From: Acidobacteriota bacterium
GTDB taxonomy: Bacteria; Acidobacteriota; UBA6911
Assembly: GCA_963664705.1 (NCBI GenBank)
Contig: OY761556.1
Span: forward strand, 1,664,001-1,728,000
DNA length: 64,000 nucleotides
Direction: 5' to 3'
Below are positions 10,390 through 19,909 of the stretch, in pieces. The notes under the pieces are model-generated. The model was not told the DNA's origin. It saw nothing but the letters and a program-made list of their open reading frames with translations, and ran no database searches. The translations under genes were made by a program, and so were the position numbers. Each line of letters begins with the position of its first letter. The first letter of the stretch is position 1.

Positions 10390-10422
10390 TTTGTGCAACA
10401 TTGTGGCACAATCCCCACAATC
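10390..10422. promoter_or_regulatory. Putative operator in the divergent promoter region
   Basis: 10-bp periodic ttgtg/cacaa elements: ttgtgcaaca-ttgtggcaca-atccccacaa; includes palindrome attgtg-g-cacaat. Confidence 0.3.
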
Positions 10423-10629
10423 GGTCTCACATGTCCTGCCATGCATTTTATCAGACGACCGGAGAAATGGTATGGTTCCGATGTAGGGGCAGGAAAGCGA
10501 GATCAGCGGTTTGTCGCCCGGGAGTGCCGGAGGCCCGGCGGGGGCACCCAAACTCTCCTTCTCATAAAGAGCTTCTTCGTATATTGTTAAGAAAAATCGT
10601 GTGAGTCGCTCCGCAAAACAAAAAAGGTT

Positions 10630-11658
10630 ATGAGAGATCGGCTAACGGAAGACAATGAGAATCCCCCTCGGCGATTCTCTTACGGTTCAGGATGGGCTTT
10701 GAGCCTGAAGGTCTTGCTTGCCTTCGTCCTGGCTTGTGGCGTCATCGCCGGGTTTTATAACTTTATTAAGTCAACATATATCGACCGACGGATTTCACGG
10801 TTTGTTCCGCATACATGGGTAAATCTTGAAGAGCGGGATAAGGCTGCGCCGGAAGTGACCGATCCTGTGGAGAGCGCGGTATTCAGAGTTGCGATCGCTC
10901 CCATGGTTTCGCCTGAAAAGTCGCACGAAATGTACCAGGGCCTTATCGACTACGTTGCAGAGAAACTGGGGCGAAAGCCTGTGTCACTTTACAGGCCGAC
11001 ATATTCGGAAACCAACGACCTTGTCCGCTATCAAAGGTGCGATATTGCAGTTGTCTGTACCTATCCCTTTATCCGGGGTGAGCGCGAATTCGGGATGCAG
11101 GCGCTGGTGGTACCCCAAATAAAGGGGGAGACCACGTACCAGTCTTTTATCATTGTGCCTCAATCCAGCCCGGCCAGGTCGCTGTCGGATCTTCGGGGGA
11201 TGCGATTTGCCGCCGCGGACATCGTTTCGACAACAGGTTGGCTATTTCCCGCCATGAGCATCATGAGCGCGGGGGAAAATCCAAATCACTATTTCGGGAA
11301 TCTGGTGCTTACCGGCAGTCATGACAAGTCGATTCAAGCGGTCCTGGATGGATTTGTTGACGGCGCCGCCGTTCATGGAATCGTCTATGATCAAATGCTT
11401 GCCGATAATCCTTCAATTCCGAAGAAGATAAAGATAATCAGCAAATCCCCTCCTTTTGGCATCCCTCCGGTTGTGGCACACCCGGGGATGGATCCAAATC
11501 TCAAGAAGGCAGTCGTTTCGATACTTCTGGATATGCACAATAATGAGCGTGGCAGAAAGATATTGAATACGCTTCAGATAGAAAGATTCGTTGTCCCCGA
11601 AAGGGGGCTCTTTGGCGACCTCCGGCAGGCAATCGGAAAGCTGGAAGGATGGAAGTGA
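10630..11658 (+). CDS. PhnD-fold oxyanion-binding sensor protein (AioX/ArxX/ArrT-like), membrane anchored
   Basis: RPTY...DIAVVCTYPF...TYQSFIIV...STTGW...SHDKSIQAVLDG..DGAAVHG...SPPFGIPP; N-terminal TM; coupled to downstream kinase. Confidence 0.8.
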   Translation: MRDRLTEDNENPPRRFSYGSGWALSLKVLLAFVLACGVIAGFYNFIKSTYIDRRISRFVPHTWVNLEERDKAAPEVTDPVESAVFRVAIAPMVSPEKSHEMYQGLIDYVAEKLGRKPVSLYRPTYSETNDLVRYQRCDIAVVCTYPFIRGEREFGMQALVVPQIKGETTYQSFIIVPQSSPARSLSDLRGMRFAAADIVSTTGWLFPAMSIMSAGENPNHYFGNLVLTGSHDKSIQAVLDGFVDGAAVHGIVYDQMLADNPSIPKKIKIISKSPPFGIPPVVAHPGMDPNLKKAVVSILLDMHNNERGRKILNTLQIERFVVPERGLFGDLRQAIGKLEGWK

Positions 11659-13130
11659 TGCTGCGGAGGTTTTTAAAGGCATTCTCCTGGCGAGTTCTTT
11701 CGATTCCCATTTTCTATAAAATTGTGGGAATTGGTCTGCTGACGGCTGTTCTGTTCGGAGCGGTAACGCTTCTGCAAACGCGCGCTAGCACCTCCCAGAT
11801 TTTATATCAACTGCTCGAGCAAAGGGCCATTTCCATTGGCCGATCGCTTACCGATGCCATAGAGCGTCCAGCCAGTACCGGCGATTTTTTCGCGGTTAGG
11901 CAGCATTTGAACCAGGCAAAGAAAACCTCGCCTGAAATTCGATACATCATAGTTCGCGATCGGGATGGAAAGGTGGTCGCCTCCACCTTTGAAAAGAGCG
12001 TTCCCGCAGATCTCTCCAGGATAGGCAACAAGACCTGTCCTCCGGAGTGCACGGCGCAGACGCTTGCGAGCACGGAAGGGCTTATCATGGATGTCCGATT
12101 TCCGGTGGTTGGAGGCTATGCCGGAACCATCCAGTTGGGCGTACTCGACAGAATGATTAACCGTGAATTGGGCATCCTGACCAAGATGGTGGTCTGGGGC
12201 CTGATTCTATGCGCCGCCGTCGGCCTTTGCCTGGCTTTGTGGCTCACCGGAATCCTGACCCATCCTATTCGGCACCTTGTTGATTCGGCCAATCGAATCA
12301 GGGAAGGGGCATTTGAGACAAGGGCGCAAGTATATGCCAGTGACGAGATTGGCCACCTCGCCGTTGCTTTCAACCAGATGGCTGAAGCCCTGATGCTTTA
12401 CCGACAGGAGGTGGAAGCAAAAGAGAAGGCACGTCTTTCGCTGATTGAGAGAATCGTGCAGGTTCAAGAGGATGAGAGAAAGAGCATTTCCCGGGAGTTG
12501 CATGATCATTTGGGGCAATCGCTTCTCGCGCTGCTTCTCCAGGTGCAGGCCGGATGCCAGTGCCGTTCCGATGCATGCCAGCATGCCAATCAACCGGGTT
12601 CGCTATGCTGGAATGCCGAGAAGACGATACGGCAGATCATCGAAGATGTACACCGGTTGGCGTGGGGAATGCGCCCCTCGATCCTGGATGATTATGGACT
12701 TGATTCCGCGCTCGCCCGCCACATCGAGGAAGTCGGCAAAACCGCCGGGTTCGAGATCGATTATCAATGCACCTCTCCGGAGGGTTTGGACCGCCTGCCA
12801 AGCCGCATTGAGGTGCCGCTGTTCCGTATTGCGCAGGAAGCCATCACGAATATGATCCGGCATGCAAAAGCGGCTCATGCAAGCGTGATAGTCCTGCGGC
12901 AGCTCAACGACATTACCATGATTGTCGAAGATGACGGGCAGGGCTTTGATATGGCCGTGGTTAAGGAAAAAGGGGACGGATGCCTTGGGCTTGTGGGGAT
13001 GGAAGAACGGGTAAACCTGTTGGGCGGCAGTTTTGTTGTGGAGTCCATTCCCGGGGAAGGCACAACCATCCGGGTACGAATACCCTTAAGCGAGGAGCAC
13101 GATGCCCATAAGAGTCTTCATAGCCGATGA
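11658..13130 (+). CDS. Membrane sensor histidine kinase (HAMP, HisKA_3, HATPase; NarX-like)
   Basis: 2 TM; HAMP (DEIGHLAVAFNQM); ERKSISRELHDHLGQ; QEAITNMIRHA; EDDGQGF; GLVGMEERV; start overlaps upstream TGA. Confidence 0.92.
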   Translation: MLRRFLKAFSWRVLSIPIFYKIVGIGLLTAVLFGAVTLLQTRASTSQILYQLLEQRAISIGRSLTDAIERPASTGDFFAVRQHLNQAKKTSPEIRYIIVRDRDGKVVASTFEKSVPADLSRIGNKTCPPECTAQTLASTEGLIMDVRFPVVGGYAGTIQLGVLDRMINRELGILTKMVVWGLILCAAVGLCLALWLTGILTHPIRHLVDSANRIREGAFETRAQVYASDEIGHLAVAFNQMAEALMLYRQEVEAKEKARLSLIERIVQVQEDERKSISRELHDHLGQSLLALLLQVQAGCQCRSDACQHANQPGSLCWNAEKTIRQIIEDVHRLAWGMRPSILDDYGLDSALARHIEEVGKTAGFEIDYQCTSPEGLDRLPSRIEVPLFRIAQEAITNMIRHAKAAHASVIVLRQLNDITMIVEDDGQGFDMAVVKEKGDGCLGLVGMEERVNLLGGSFVVESIPGEGTTIRVRIPLSEEHDAHKSLHSR

Positions 13131-13755
13131 TCATGCGGTATTCCGAAGCGGCCTGCGTGCCTTGCTGGAAAAGGAATCGGACATTGAAGTGGTCGGCGAA
13201 ACCGGGAACGGGTTTGATACGATCCGGGCCGTAGTCGAAGCGAATCTGGACGTCCTGCTTCTGGATGTAACGATGCCGGGCCTTCCCGGACCGAAGGTCG
13301 CCAAGGCCGTCCTGAAGGAAAAACCCCAGTTGGCCATCGTTGTCTTGACCATGCATGAAGATGAATATTATTTACAGGAGCTTTTCCGGCTCGGAGTGCG
13401 TGCCTATGTGCTGAAAAAATCAACGGGTACTGATGTGGTGCAGGCAATCCGGGCAGCGCGAAAAGGCGAACAGTACATCGATCCCGCACTTACCGGACTT
13501 GTTATATCCTCGTACGTTGGGAGGCAACCAAAGAAGCTGAAAACAGACCGCCTGGATCTTATGACGCCCCGGGAACTTGAAGTCATGACTCTTCTGGCCT
13601 ACGGGCACACGAATGCCGAAATTGCAGATAAATTGTGTATCTCCGAACGCACGGTGGAGAGCCATCGCAACAATATCATGTCAAAGCTGGAGTTTAAGAG
13701 CCGGGCCGAATTGGTCCGCTTTGCCATTGAAAACGATATGCTGAAGCTGAGCTGA
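13102..13755 (+). CDS. NarL/LuxR-family response regulator
   Basis: IADDH, LLDVTMP, VLTMH, AYVLK receiver motifs; LuxR HTH (MTPRELEV...TNAEIADKLCISERTVESHR). Confidence 0.95.
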   Translation: MPIRVFIADDHAVFRSGLRALLEKESDIEVVGETGNGFDTIRAVVEANLDVLLLDVTMPGLPGPKVAKAVLKEKPQLAIVVLTMHEDEYYLQELFRLGVRAYVLKKSTGTDVVQAIRAARKGEQYIDPALTGLVISSYVGRQPKKLKTDRLDLMTPRELEVMTLLAYGHTNAEIADKLCISERTVESHRNNIMSKLEFKSRAELVRFAIENDMLKLS

Positions 13756-13771
13756 CTGGCTATGCCCGGGC

Positions 13772-13814
13772 TGTTGAATTCGTGGCGGGCTGAATCGCCG
13801 CCACGAATTCAACA
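13772..13814. terminator. Perfect 17-bp hairpin between convergent genes (bidirectional terminator or REP-like)
   Basis: tgttgaattcgtggcgg / ccgccacgaattcaaca. Confidence 0.7.
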
Positions 13815-13820
13815 AAAGCA

Positions 13821-14879
13821 CTAAGGCTTCAGTTTTTTGATCGCCTTCGCCACCTTCTTCCAGCGCTCTTTTTCAACCCAGCTTGCGCTATGGGCGCTTT
13901 TCAGTTCGATATAGGATGCTTCCTTGCGAATCTTGAAGTAATTCGCCAGCCGATGTGCTTCAAGGTTTCCCTGCAGGATTGCCGCCTGGACCTGACAGCC
14001 AGGCTCATTCTCATGCCGGCAGTCCCGGAACCGGCAGCCTTCCGCAAGCGACGTGATATCTTCGAAGGCAGTATCAATCCCCGAATCCACCGATAAAACC
14101 TGCAGTTCGCGCATTCCCGGCGTATCCATGATCAGGCCGCCGGATGGAAGTAGAAAAAGCTGCCGGGCGGAAGTGGTGTGGACGCCGCGTCCAGTATGCG
14201 CGTCTGTCTCTTGAATTCGCTGGTCGGAACGTCCCAGCAGTTGGTTTACAATGGATGATTTGCCGACTCCGGAAGATCCCAGGAATGCAACAGTCTGGCC
14301 CGGGCCGAGATAATTCAGGATATCATCGATACCAAATCCGGCGGTTGCACTGACTGCCAGCACGGGTATCCCGGGAGCCAGGGATCTTACCTTTCTGATG
14401 CTGGCATGAACATCAAGGCATACATCAGCCTTATTCAGGACTATGACCGGGCTTGCGCCGCTTTCGCCGGCTATGACGAGATAACGTTCAATTCGACGTG
14501 GGTTGAAATCGGAGTCAAGTCCGCTTACCAGGCATACGGTGTCCACATTTGCCGCGATTACCTGTTGGTCCATCCCGGTTCCAGCCTGCTTTCTCGAAAA
14601 GGCAGTGAGTCGAGGCAGCAGATGCCGGATAATTGTTCGATCGCTGTTTTCAGGCCGATCGGCAAGCACCCAATCCCCACATGCGGGAAGATCGCCGGAA
14701 CTTTGGCCGGCATATCGCAGAGCTCCGCTGATTTCCGCCCACACCTCCCCGTCCTCAGACAGAAGTCGATACATTCCTCGGCCCTGGAAGGACACTCGTG
14801 CCGGAATAATAGTGTCATTTTGATGTCTGGTATGGTGATTCTCGAAAAAAGAGTTCCAACCAAAATCCTCTAGATTCAA
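13821..14879 (-). CDS. rsgA: Ribosome small subunit-dependent GTPase A
   Basis: Circularly permuted GTPase: NKAD, GSSGVGKS, GVHTT, DTPGMRE, Zn site CRFRDCRHENEPGC; probable TTG start at 14879 (alternative ATG 14912). Confidence 0.92.
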   Translation of the reverse strand: MNLEDFGWNSFFENHHTRHQNDTIIPARVSFQGRGMYRLLSEDGEVWAEISGALRYAGQSSGDLPACGDWVLADRPENSDRTIIRHLLPRLTAFSRKQAGTGMDQQVIAANVDTVCLVSGLDSDFNPRRIERYLVIAGESGASPVIVLNKADVCLDVHASIRKVRSLAPGIPVLAVSATAGFGIDDILNYLGPGQTVAFLGSSGVGKSSIVNQLLGRSDQRIQETDAHTGRGVHTTSARQLFLLPSGGLIMDTPGMRELQVLSVDSGIDTAFEDITSLAEGCRFRDCRHENEPGCQVQAAILQGNLEAHRLANYFKIRKEASYIELKSAHSASWVEKERWKKVAKAIKKLKP

Positions 14880-15119
14880 TGGAATATCCTCTATGAAACA
14901 GGCAGGCTGCATGAACCCAGGCTAATCCTGAGCAAAAAAGGCAGTGAATGAGAGAAGGCAGTCTGCGCTGATAGACGAGCGGGAGTGCACACAAATACCT
15001 GAAAAAGTTCCAGGTCATGCACTGGTTCAACGCACTGAATCTAGAAGACAATCATAAGCTAACCGCTGGCATGCTAGCACTATCCTGTTCCGTTCACAAG
15101 CGGGATTAGGCAGGATGTT

Positions 15120-18100
15120 TTACCTCGACAGGGTGTTGGATCGCAGGGCCACGACGTGGCTGTTATTTTCCGGTCTTCGATCAATCATCTTGTGAAACGG
15201 ATCCAGGGCCACAATTCCCGGTTTGCTCAAGGTGCGAATGGTTAATGTCTGTTTGCCGCTGTGAAGCAGATGCTTCGAGATGGAGAGCGGCGCAACTCCC
15301 TCAAGCGGCTCATCGGTTTCTGGAAACAATGCCACATCGAACCATGTGTCGAGCGATTCCTCGGTTTCTTTGCCATGGGCATCTGCTTCGAACTGCCTGG
15401 CCGTGATCTCGATAGTGGTTTCAAATCCGTCGCTGATTTTTCGTGCTTCAGCAGCATCCGCCTGAAGATCATAAAGCACGATTCTCTCGAATAAATCCGT
15501 GATTAGCTGTTGATACTCGGGGCCAGCCTCATCGCGGAGAGCATTGACAACATCCCTTGACGTTGGGGGTGGCGATGTCCGGAAGGAGTAATCCTGCAAA
15601 AAACGACGCAGGGCATGATGGAGCTTTTCCTTGCCGAGTATATCTTGCAGCGCATACATGACCAACGGACCCTTGCCTCTGAGATAGGCATGATTTTCGG
15701 TGTACATGGCGGGTACTTCGGCTTCGTCCTCTGCTTTCCTGCCATTGAGGTAGCCATTATGTAAACCACGCGCAATCTGATTGGCATAGATCGGCGAGTA
15801 ATATTCCTTAAACAACATCAGCCTGCAATATTCTGCCATGCTTTCAGTCAGCATCCATCGGCCCTGGATTTGAGCTCCTGAGATCCGGTCAGCCCACCAC
15901 ATGTGTGCAAGTTCGTGCATGACGCCCGAATCCGCATTTTGTACGGCTCGCAGGTTGGTGACGAAACCGATGGCTTCAGAATAGGGAATAATGCCCGGCT
16001 GGAATTGCGCTGCCGTGCGATAGCGCGCATACTCCAGGATGCGCAGGTAGGAGTACTGATAGGGCGCAAATTCCCGGGAATAATACTCCAATGCGCGTTT
16101 GGCTGTCTCCATCATAGCGGGGATGTTGAATGGGTGTTTGGGGTCGTAATAGATTTCCAGTAATACGTCCTTCCATTTGTCGCGTGCAATACGGTAACGC
16201 GCCGAGCAGAACGAGAGGTTTGGAAGAATCGGCTGCTCAGCCCTGTAGTGAAAATAATGCCGCCCTCCCTGATACCATTCGCGCAGCAAGGCTCCCGGAG
16301 CCACTGCAATCTGATCGCCGCTGGTGCTGAGAACAATCTGGAATGCGCTACGGCTGTCGATTCCCATGGCCAAACTATCCGAGTGGGCCGGATCTCCCAG
16401 TCGTGGCACGCGAGGCGTCGGGGGCAAGCCGTATTTGCGACGCTGCGCATTGTCGGTCATCTTGCGAAAATTGTCATAGCCTGGGATCGGCATTGCGCGA
16501 AAGCCGCTTACGTATGTGCCATTGGCCACAATTTCATTGTCGGGATTGGCCGTAAATCCGTCGTTCCTTCGGGATACATTCCAAGTAAGCTTAATGGAGC
16601 TACCAGGTGGTAATGCAGTGTTGAGCCTGTAGAGATAGAATCCCTGGGCTTTGTCGGATCGCACCATGGATGCATCCGCTAGCTGGATCTGATTTACTCG
16701 CAGCCCCGGGTCGATAGACAAAACAAACTCATTGATGGGCGTTTTCTTGTGATTTCCCAGCATTGCACTGCCTCGCGATTCGAGCCGACGCTCTTCTGGG
16801 AAGATATCGATGGCCATATCGATGCTGTCAAAGGACGGTGCGGGTAAGTTTTCATAGCGACCGTATTCCTTTTCATAATCGGCTCGATACCGCAGTTGCT
16901 GATTAGGGGTCTTGTACTCATTGAGGATGTCGGTGTTGTAAAAGATCCAGCCACCAAGGGCAATGAAGGCGGCTGCTGCGAAACCCGCAAGGAGGCAAAC
17001 ACCGGACCGTACTCGGGATTTTGCATCATGCAGCCTTTCACGAATTGTGGAATAGCTGCTGCATGGGTAGAGCAGGTGTCCGGCAACCACGCAAAGGACA
17101 CAGAAGGCTCCCAAGTAACCGATCCGCATGAAAGCGGGCTTGGCGAAATGGCCAAAGCCATTCATATCGGAATAGATGACGGGGATGGTGAAGTTGCACA
17201 GAATGTGGTCGAAGCCGAGTGGCGCCAGGCTCAACAGCGCGATATAGGTGCACAGTGTCAGAAGCATCCCCACCCATCTGTTTGCTGAGATGGCCTGAAT
17301 AACGACAGCCAGAGTGCAGAGCATGCAGAAGTAAATGCCGCTATAAATAAATGCGGATTGAAAGTATAAACCAAGTTCAAAGTGGGTATAGCCTGCCGAG
17401 GCCTGCAGAACCACTAACGTTAGTACCGCCGTAAGCATCAGCGCATGGACAACAATACACGTAGCTCCGATTTTGGAAAGGAGCATTAGCCAATCTGGGC
17501 AAGGCGACGCGCTGACAATTTCGAAAACTCCGGAGGTACGCTCGCGATGGATCAATTCTGCGGAATACCAAAGGCCGACAAGCAGGATGAACTGAATTGA
17601 CTCACCCAGGAAGGGGAGCATAAGGCTGGTCAGCGGATACAGCGGATAGTCTATAAAAAAGTGCTGAACATTGCCTCGAAATTCACTGATCAGCATCGCG
17701 ATCTGGAGGACCAGAATGATGTAAATGAGTGGGTTCTTGAACACGCAAGATAAATCCATTTTCGTCTGTGAGATGAATTTCCGGAATGGACCTTGCGCAG
17801 AGAATCCGGATATTGGAATGATCGGTTGAATTGCAGGCACATGAACTCGATGCGGTGTGGCAGATCCATGCGTTCGTCGCTTGAAATAAAGTGGGACCCC
17901 ATCTTTCAGGGCCAGATTGAACCGCAGCGTTGTCAGCAACAGGATGAGCATTGCCGCGATCAGCCAGAGAAGGCGATTCTGGGGCAGCAGTCCAATCGGA
18001 AGACTTGCGTTGAGTTCGGTGGGTGTCCAGAATCGCGTCTCCGCTGCAACGGTAAGTCTGGCCACCGGATCAGCCAGGGAAGCCCATGTCCCGGTTTCGA

Positions 18101-18695
18101 GCCTTGCATAACCATTCAGGAAGAGATCGGCCACGAAAAAGGCCATGGCTGCGCCATAGGTTACGGCAAAAGAACGGGTCAACGCGGCAACGCTGAAAAA
18201 TATGGCGCATAAAACGGCTGTATTAGGCAGGAGGATGACAAAAAAAATGTAGGCCCAGGGAAGCGGAGAAAAGGGAATGATGCGAGCCTGATCCAGCCAG
18301 GGCATAAAGGTGCCGATCATAGTGCCCAGAAGTCCCGCGAGACTGATAAGTATCGACAAAAATAGAGCTCCGAAAAATCTTCCCAGCACAAAACTCTTGG
18401 GTGGGATCGGTGCGGCATAGACAAGTGGAGCGGTTGCATGTTCGAAATCGCGCGTGATGGCTGTGGTGACAAACGCCAGGATGGGCAGCATGCCAAATAT
18501 AAAAAGCAGCAGTTCAGTCTGCAGCAGGACATAAATGCCATTGAGAGCCAGCTGGTTGCCGAAGTCAAGGTTGATGCCCGTGCCGGTAATCGACAGAAAG
18601 TGAATGAGCGCAAATATCAGCAGTGCGCCGAGGAAGAATGGAGAGCGGAGCTGGTAACCAATCTCGAACCGCGTGATTTCCAGAATTGTGCGCAT
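15120..18695 (-). CDS. ABC-2-type permease (two TM blocks) fused to an M1-family zinc aminopeptidase domain
   Basis: Multiple N-terminal TM helices; C-terminal HELAHMWW...LTESMAEY and YLRGKG..VMYAL. Confidence 0.88.
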   Translation of the reverse strand: MRTILEITRFEIGYQLRSPFFLGALLIFALIHFLSITGTGINLDFGNQLALNGIYVLLQTELLLFIFGMLPILAFVTTAITRDFEHATAPLVYAAPIPPKSFVLGRFFGALFLSILISLAGLLGTMIGTFMPWLDQARIIPFSPLPWAYIFFVILLPNTAVLCAIFFSVAALTRSFAVTYGAAMAFFVADLFLNGYARLETGTWASLADPVARLTVAAETRFWTPTELNASLPIGLLPQNRLLWLIAAMLILLLTTLRFNLALKDGVPLYFKRRTHGSATPHRVHVPAIQPIIPISGFSAQGPFRKFISQTKMDLSCVFKNPLIYIILVLQIAMLISEFRGNVQHFFIDYPLYPLTSLMLPFLGESIQFILLVGLWYSAELIHRERTSGVFEIVSASPCPDWLMLLSKIGATCIVVHALMLTAVLTLVVLQASAGYTHFELGLYFQSAFIYSGIYFCMLCTLAVVIQAISANRWVGMLLTLCTYIALLSLAPLGFDHILCNFTIPVIYSDMNGFGHFAKPAFMRIGYLGAFCVLCVVAGHLLYPCSSYSTIRERLHDAKSRVRSGVCLLAGFAAAAFIALGGWIFYNTDILNEYKTPNQQLRYRADYEKEYGRYENLPAPSFDSIDMAIDIFPEERRLESRGSAMLGNHKKTPINEFVLSIDPGLRVNQIQLADASMVRSDKAQGFYLYRLNTALPPGSSIKLTWNVSRRNDGFTANPDNEIVANGTYVSGFRAMPIPGYDNFRKMTDNAQRRKYGLPPTPRVPRLGDPAHSDSLAMGIDSRSAFQIVLSTSGDQIAVAPGALLREWYQGGRHYFHYRAEQPILPNLSFCSARYRIARDKWKDVLLEIYYDPKHPFNIPAMMETAKRALEYYSREFAPYQYSYLRILEYARYRTAAQFQPGIIPYSEAIGFVTNLRAVQNADSGVMHELAHMWWADRISGAQIQGRWMLTESMAEYCRLMLFKEYYSPIYANQIARGLHNGYLNGRKAEDEAEVPAMYTENHAYLRGKGPLVMYALQDILGKEKLHHALRRFLQDYSFRTSPPPTSRDVVNALRDEAGPEYQQLITDLFERIVLYDLQADAAEARKISDGFETTIEITARQFEADAHGKETEESLDTWFDVALFPETDEPLEGVAPLSISKHLLHSGKQTLTIRTLSKPGIVALDPFHKMIDRRPENNSHVVALRSNTLSR

Positions 18696-18700
18696 TCGTT

Positions 18701-19582
18701 CTACTCCAGATTGTCCTTCAGATTGTGTGCAATCAAGGTGTCGAAGTAGACATCTTCCAGTTCTGGCTCGGCAGGTTGCATTCCCGCGGGATGCATGTCG
18801 GAGATTACTCGAATTTCAATGAAGCCGGCTTTGAGACGTGTGGATAGAACTGTGTGGCGGGTTCGAATCGCGGCAACTTCTTCGCGGTTGATCGTCTGCG
18901 TCCACAATCTGCCGCGCATTTCGCGAATCATTTGCACTGGCTCGCCTACTTTCAGAATACGTCCCCGTCCCATGATAGCGACAAGCGAGCAGAGTTCTTC
19001 GACGTCGTCGACAATATGAGTCGAGAGAATCACCACCCTCTCTTGGCCAACCTCTGACAGTACATTCAGGAAACGTCGCCGCTCTGCCGGATCCAGCCCT
19101 GCGGTCGGTTCATCGACAATCAGAAGCGCAGGGTTGCCCAATAAGGCCTGGGCAATTCCATAACGCTGCTTCATCCCTCCCGAAAACTTGTCAATGCTCT
19201 TGTTTCGGGCATCCCAAAGATTGGTTTTGATTAGCAGGTCTTCTACAGTTTGACGCTGCTGATCGCCATGAATGCCTTTCAAAGCCGCAAAGTGATTGAG
19301 CATTGTAAGTGCAGAAGTGCGTGGATAGGCGCCGAACTCCTGTGGCAGGTAACCAAGCTGGCGGCGCAGGGCGAGCTTGTCCTGCATAACATCGATTCCA
19401 TTGAATCGGATGGAACCGCAGTCGGGTTGCTGCAGTGTGGCGAGCGTTCGGATCAGCGTTGATTTGCCTGCGCCGTTTGGGCCAAGCAGTCCGAACATCC
19501 CTCTTGGTATATCAAGGTGAACATCCTGAAGCGCATGCACTCCGCCTGGATAGGTTTTTGATATTCCGATCAGATTCAGCAT
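18701..19582 (-). CDS. ABC transporter ATP-binding protein
   Basis: Walker A GPNGAGKST; signature FSGGMKQR; Walker B IVDEP; STH. Confidence 0.95.
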   Translation of the reverse strand: MLNLIGISKTYPGGVHALQDVHLDIPRGMFGLLGPNGAGKSTLIRTLATLQQPDCGSIRFNGIDVMQDKLALRRQLGYLPQEFGAYPRTSALTMLNHFAALKGIHGDQQRQTVEDLLIKTNLWDARNKSIDKFSGGMKQRYGIAQALLGNPALLIVDEPTAGLDPAERRRFLNVLSEVGQERVVILSTHIVDDVEELCSLVAIMGRGRILKVGEPVQMIREMRGRLWTQTINREEVAAIRTRHTVLSTRLKAGFIEIRVISDMHPAGMQPAEPELEDVYFDTLIAHNLKDNLE

Positions 19583-19909
19583 ATTTCACCATTACGGATA
19601 ATCGGTTTCAGTGCACCATTGCCAAAAAAGGAATGCATGAGGTTGATGGCCCGAGAAGAGGATCCGAATCAACTGCAAATGATCGGAAACCACGCGCAAC
19701 ATAGGCCAAATCTATAAGACGTGGGAGGCCTCAAAATATTACAGCTTCAGGTAAGTAATATTTAAGCCATACCTGTGATATATAGAAACGCACCGGAATA
19801 TATTTTCCGAAAGACTCACACGGATATCCGATGACAGCTGGATGGCGGACTTCACCGCGCATCTTGGGCGCGTTGCCAAACCAATTATTGAGATGAAACG
19901 AGGGATGGT

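Noticed and set aside
10630-11658. Phosphonate ABC transporter PhnD
   Set aside because: No phnC/phnE permease or ATPase; the gene is coupled to a histidine kinase instead
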